Below, piece after piece: positions 63,400-64,000 of a DNA stretch of 64,000 bases. The first letter of the stretch is position 1. Each line of letters opens with the position of its first letter. The position numbers and the translations under genes are program-made. The notes beneath the pieces are model-generated. The model did no database searches. It was not told where the DNA came from and saw only the letters and a list, made by a program, of their open reading frames with translations. Source of the stretch: Narcine bancroftii (Eukaryota); contig NC_091472.1 in NCBI RefSeq assembly GCF_036971445.1, positions 225,928,001 through 225,992,000 of the forward strand. Direction: 5' to 3'.

Positions 63400-63805
63400 C
63401 CCGATTTTCCACCTGGGCGCTCTCTAGCCAGATGGCGTTAATATCAATTTTTCTGGTTTCTGCTAACCTGGTCTCCCTTTACCCCCACCCCCCTTCCCTT
63501 CTCCCTGTCTTCTTTTCCTCAGCACTCCACCCCCTTCCCTCTCTATTCAACCAGCTATCTCTCCTTCCCTTGCTTGCTGCTGGGCCCTCCCTCTCTTCTC
63601 CACCTGTTACCTCCTGCCTTTGCTACCGTGTTCCTCCCCCTCGCCTCTCACCCTAACCTTTTTATTCGGATGCCCATCGACAATTTTCCATACCTTGATG
63701 AAGGGCTCAAACCCAAAATGTTGGTTATGTATTTTTATCTTTGCTACATAAAGGACACTGTTTGACCTGCTGAGTTTCTCCAGCATTGTGTTTTTACTTC
63801 AAACA
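63400..63805 (+). mobile_element. Penelope-like 3' remnant
   Basis: ttccacctgggc..ctctagccagatggcgttaatatc, pyrimidine tract, ttgatgaagggctcaaacccaaaatg, ttgacctgctgagtttctccagca. Confidence 0.7.
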
Positions 63806-63883
63806 CATTGTATACAGATTTTCGTGTTTTACTTATGACATACACACAGACAAATGGTACATATGCAGAGGACTTATTGATAT

Positions 63884-64000
63884 TGTTACGAGTCCAAAGG
63901 ACTCCAAAACCCAGCAGCAAAGACATTCACCAAGACAAGTGGTTTTTAAAACAAAAGTTATTTTTAATCAATTTTAAACATGAAAACAGAATCAAACTTT
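63884..64000 (-). mobile_element. LTR 3' end, same family as 41064-50009, running off the window
   Basis: Reverse complement aligns to about 49893-50009. Confidence 0.8.

Overview
Eukaryotic, repeat-saturated DNA. A cartilaginous fish (probably a ray) is inferred from the V-SINE, CR1, Rex/Babar and Penelope repertoire; no prokaryotic genes, rRNA, tRNA genes or CRISPR arrays are supported. Almost the whole window is a nested stack of decayed retroelements: two CsRN1-clade Gypsy elements with a tRNA-Trp PBS, three Mag-like Gypsy elements without a tRNA PBS, several solo LTRs, three L1 copies (one full-length with a 16-bp TSD), three young RTE copies, Rex/Babar, CR1, Tx1 and Penelope fragments, and about 12 SINEs. 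There is one well-formed candidate host exon on the minus strand (2009-2164) and two N gaps. The most interesting signal is in the Mag-like Gypsy elements. Where a tRNA primer-binding site should be, they carry a sequence complementary to their own R-region poly(A) signal (perfect 14 bp in one copy, with compensatory changes in another). Two copies also preserve inverted U5 junctions shaped like reverse-transcription intermediates. This suggests tRNA-independent self-priming and/or masking of the poly(A) signal in the 5' LTR only. All alignments were done by eye, and boundaries without a TSD are approximate.
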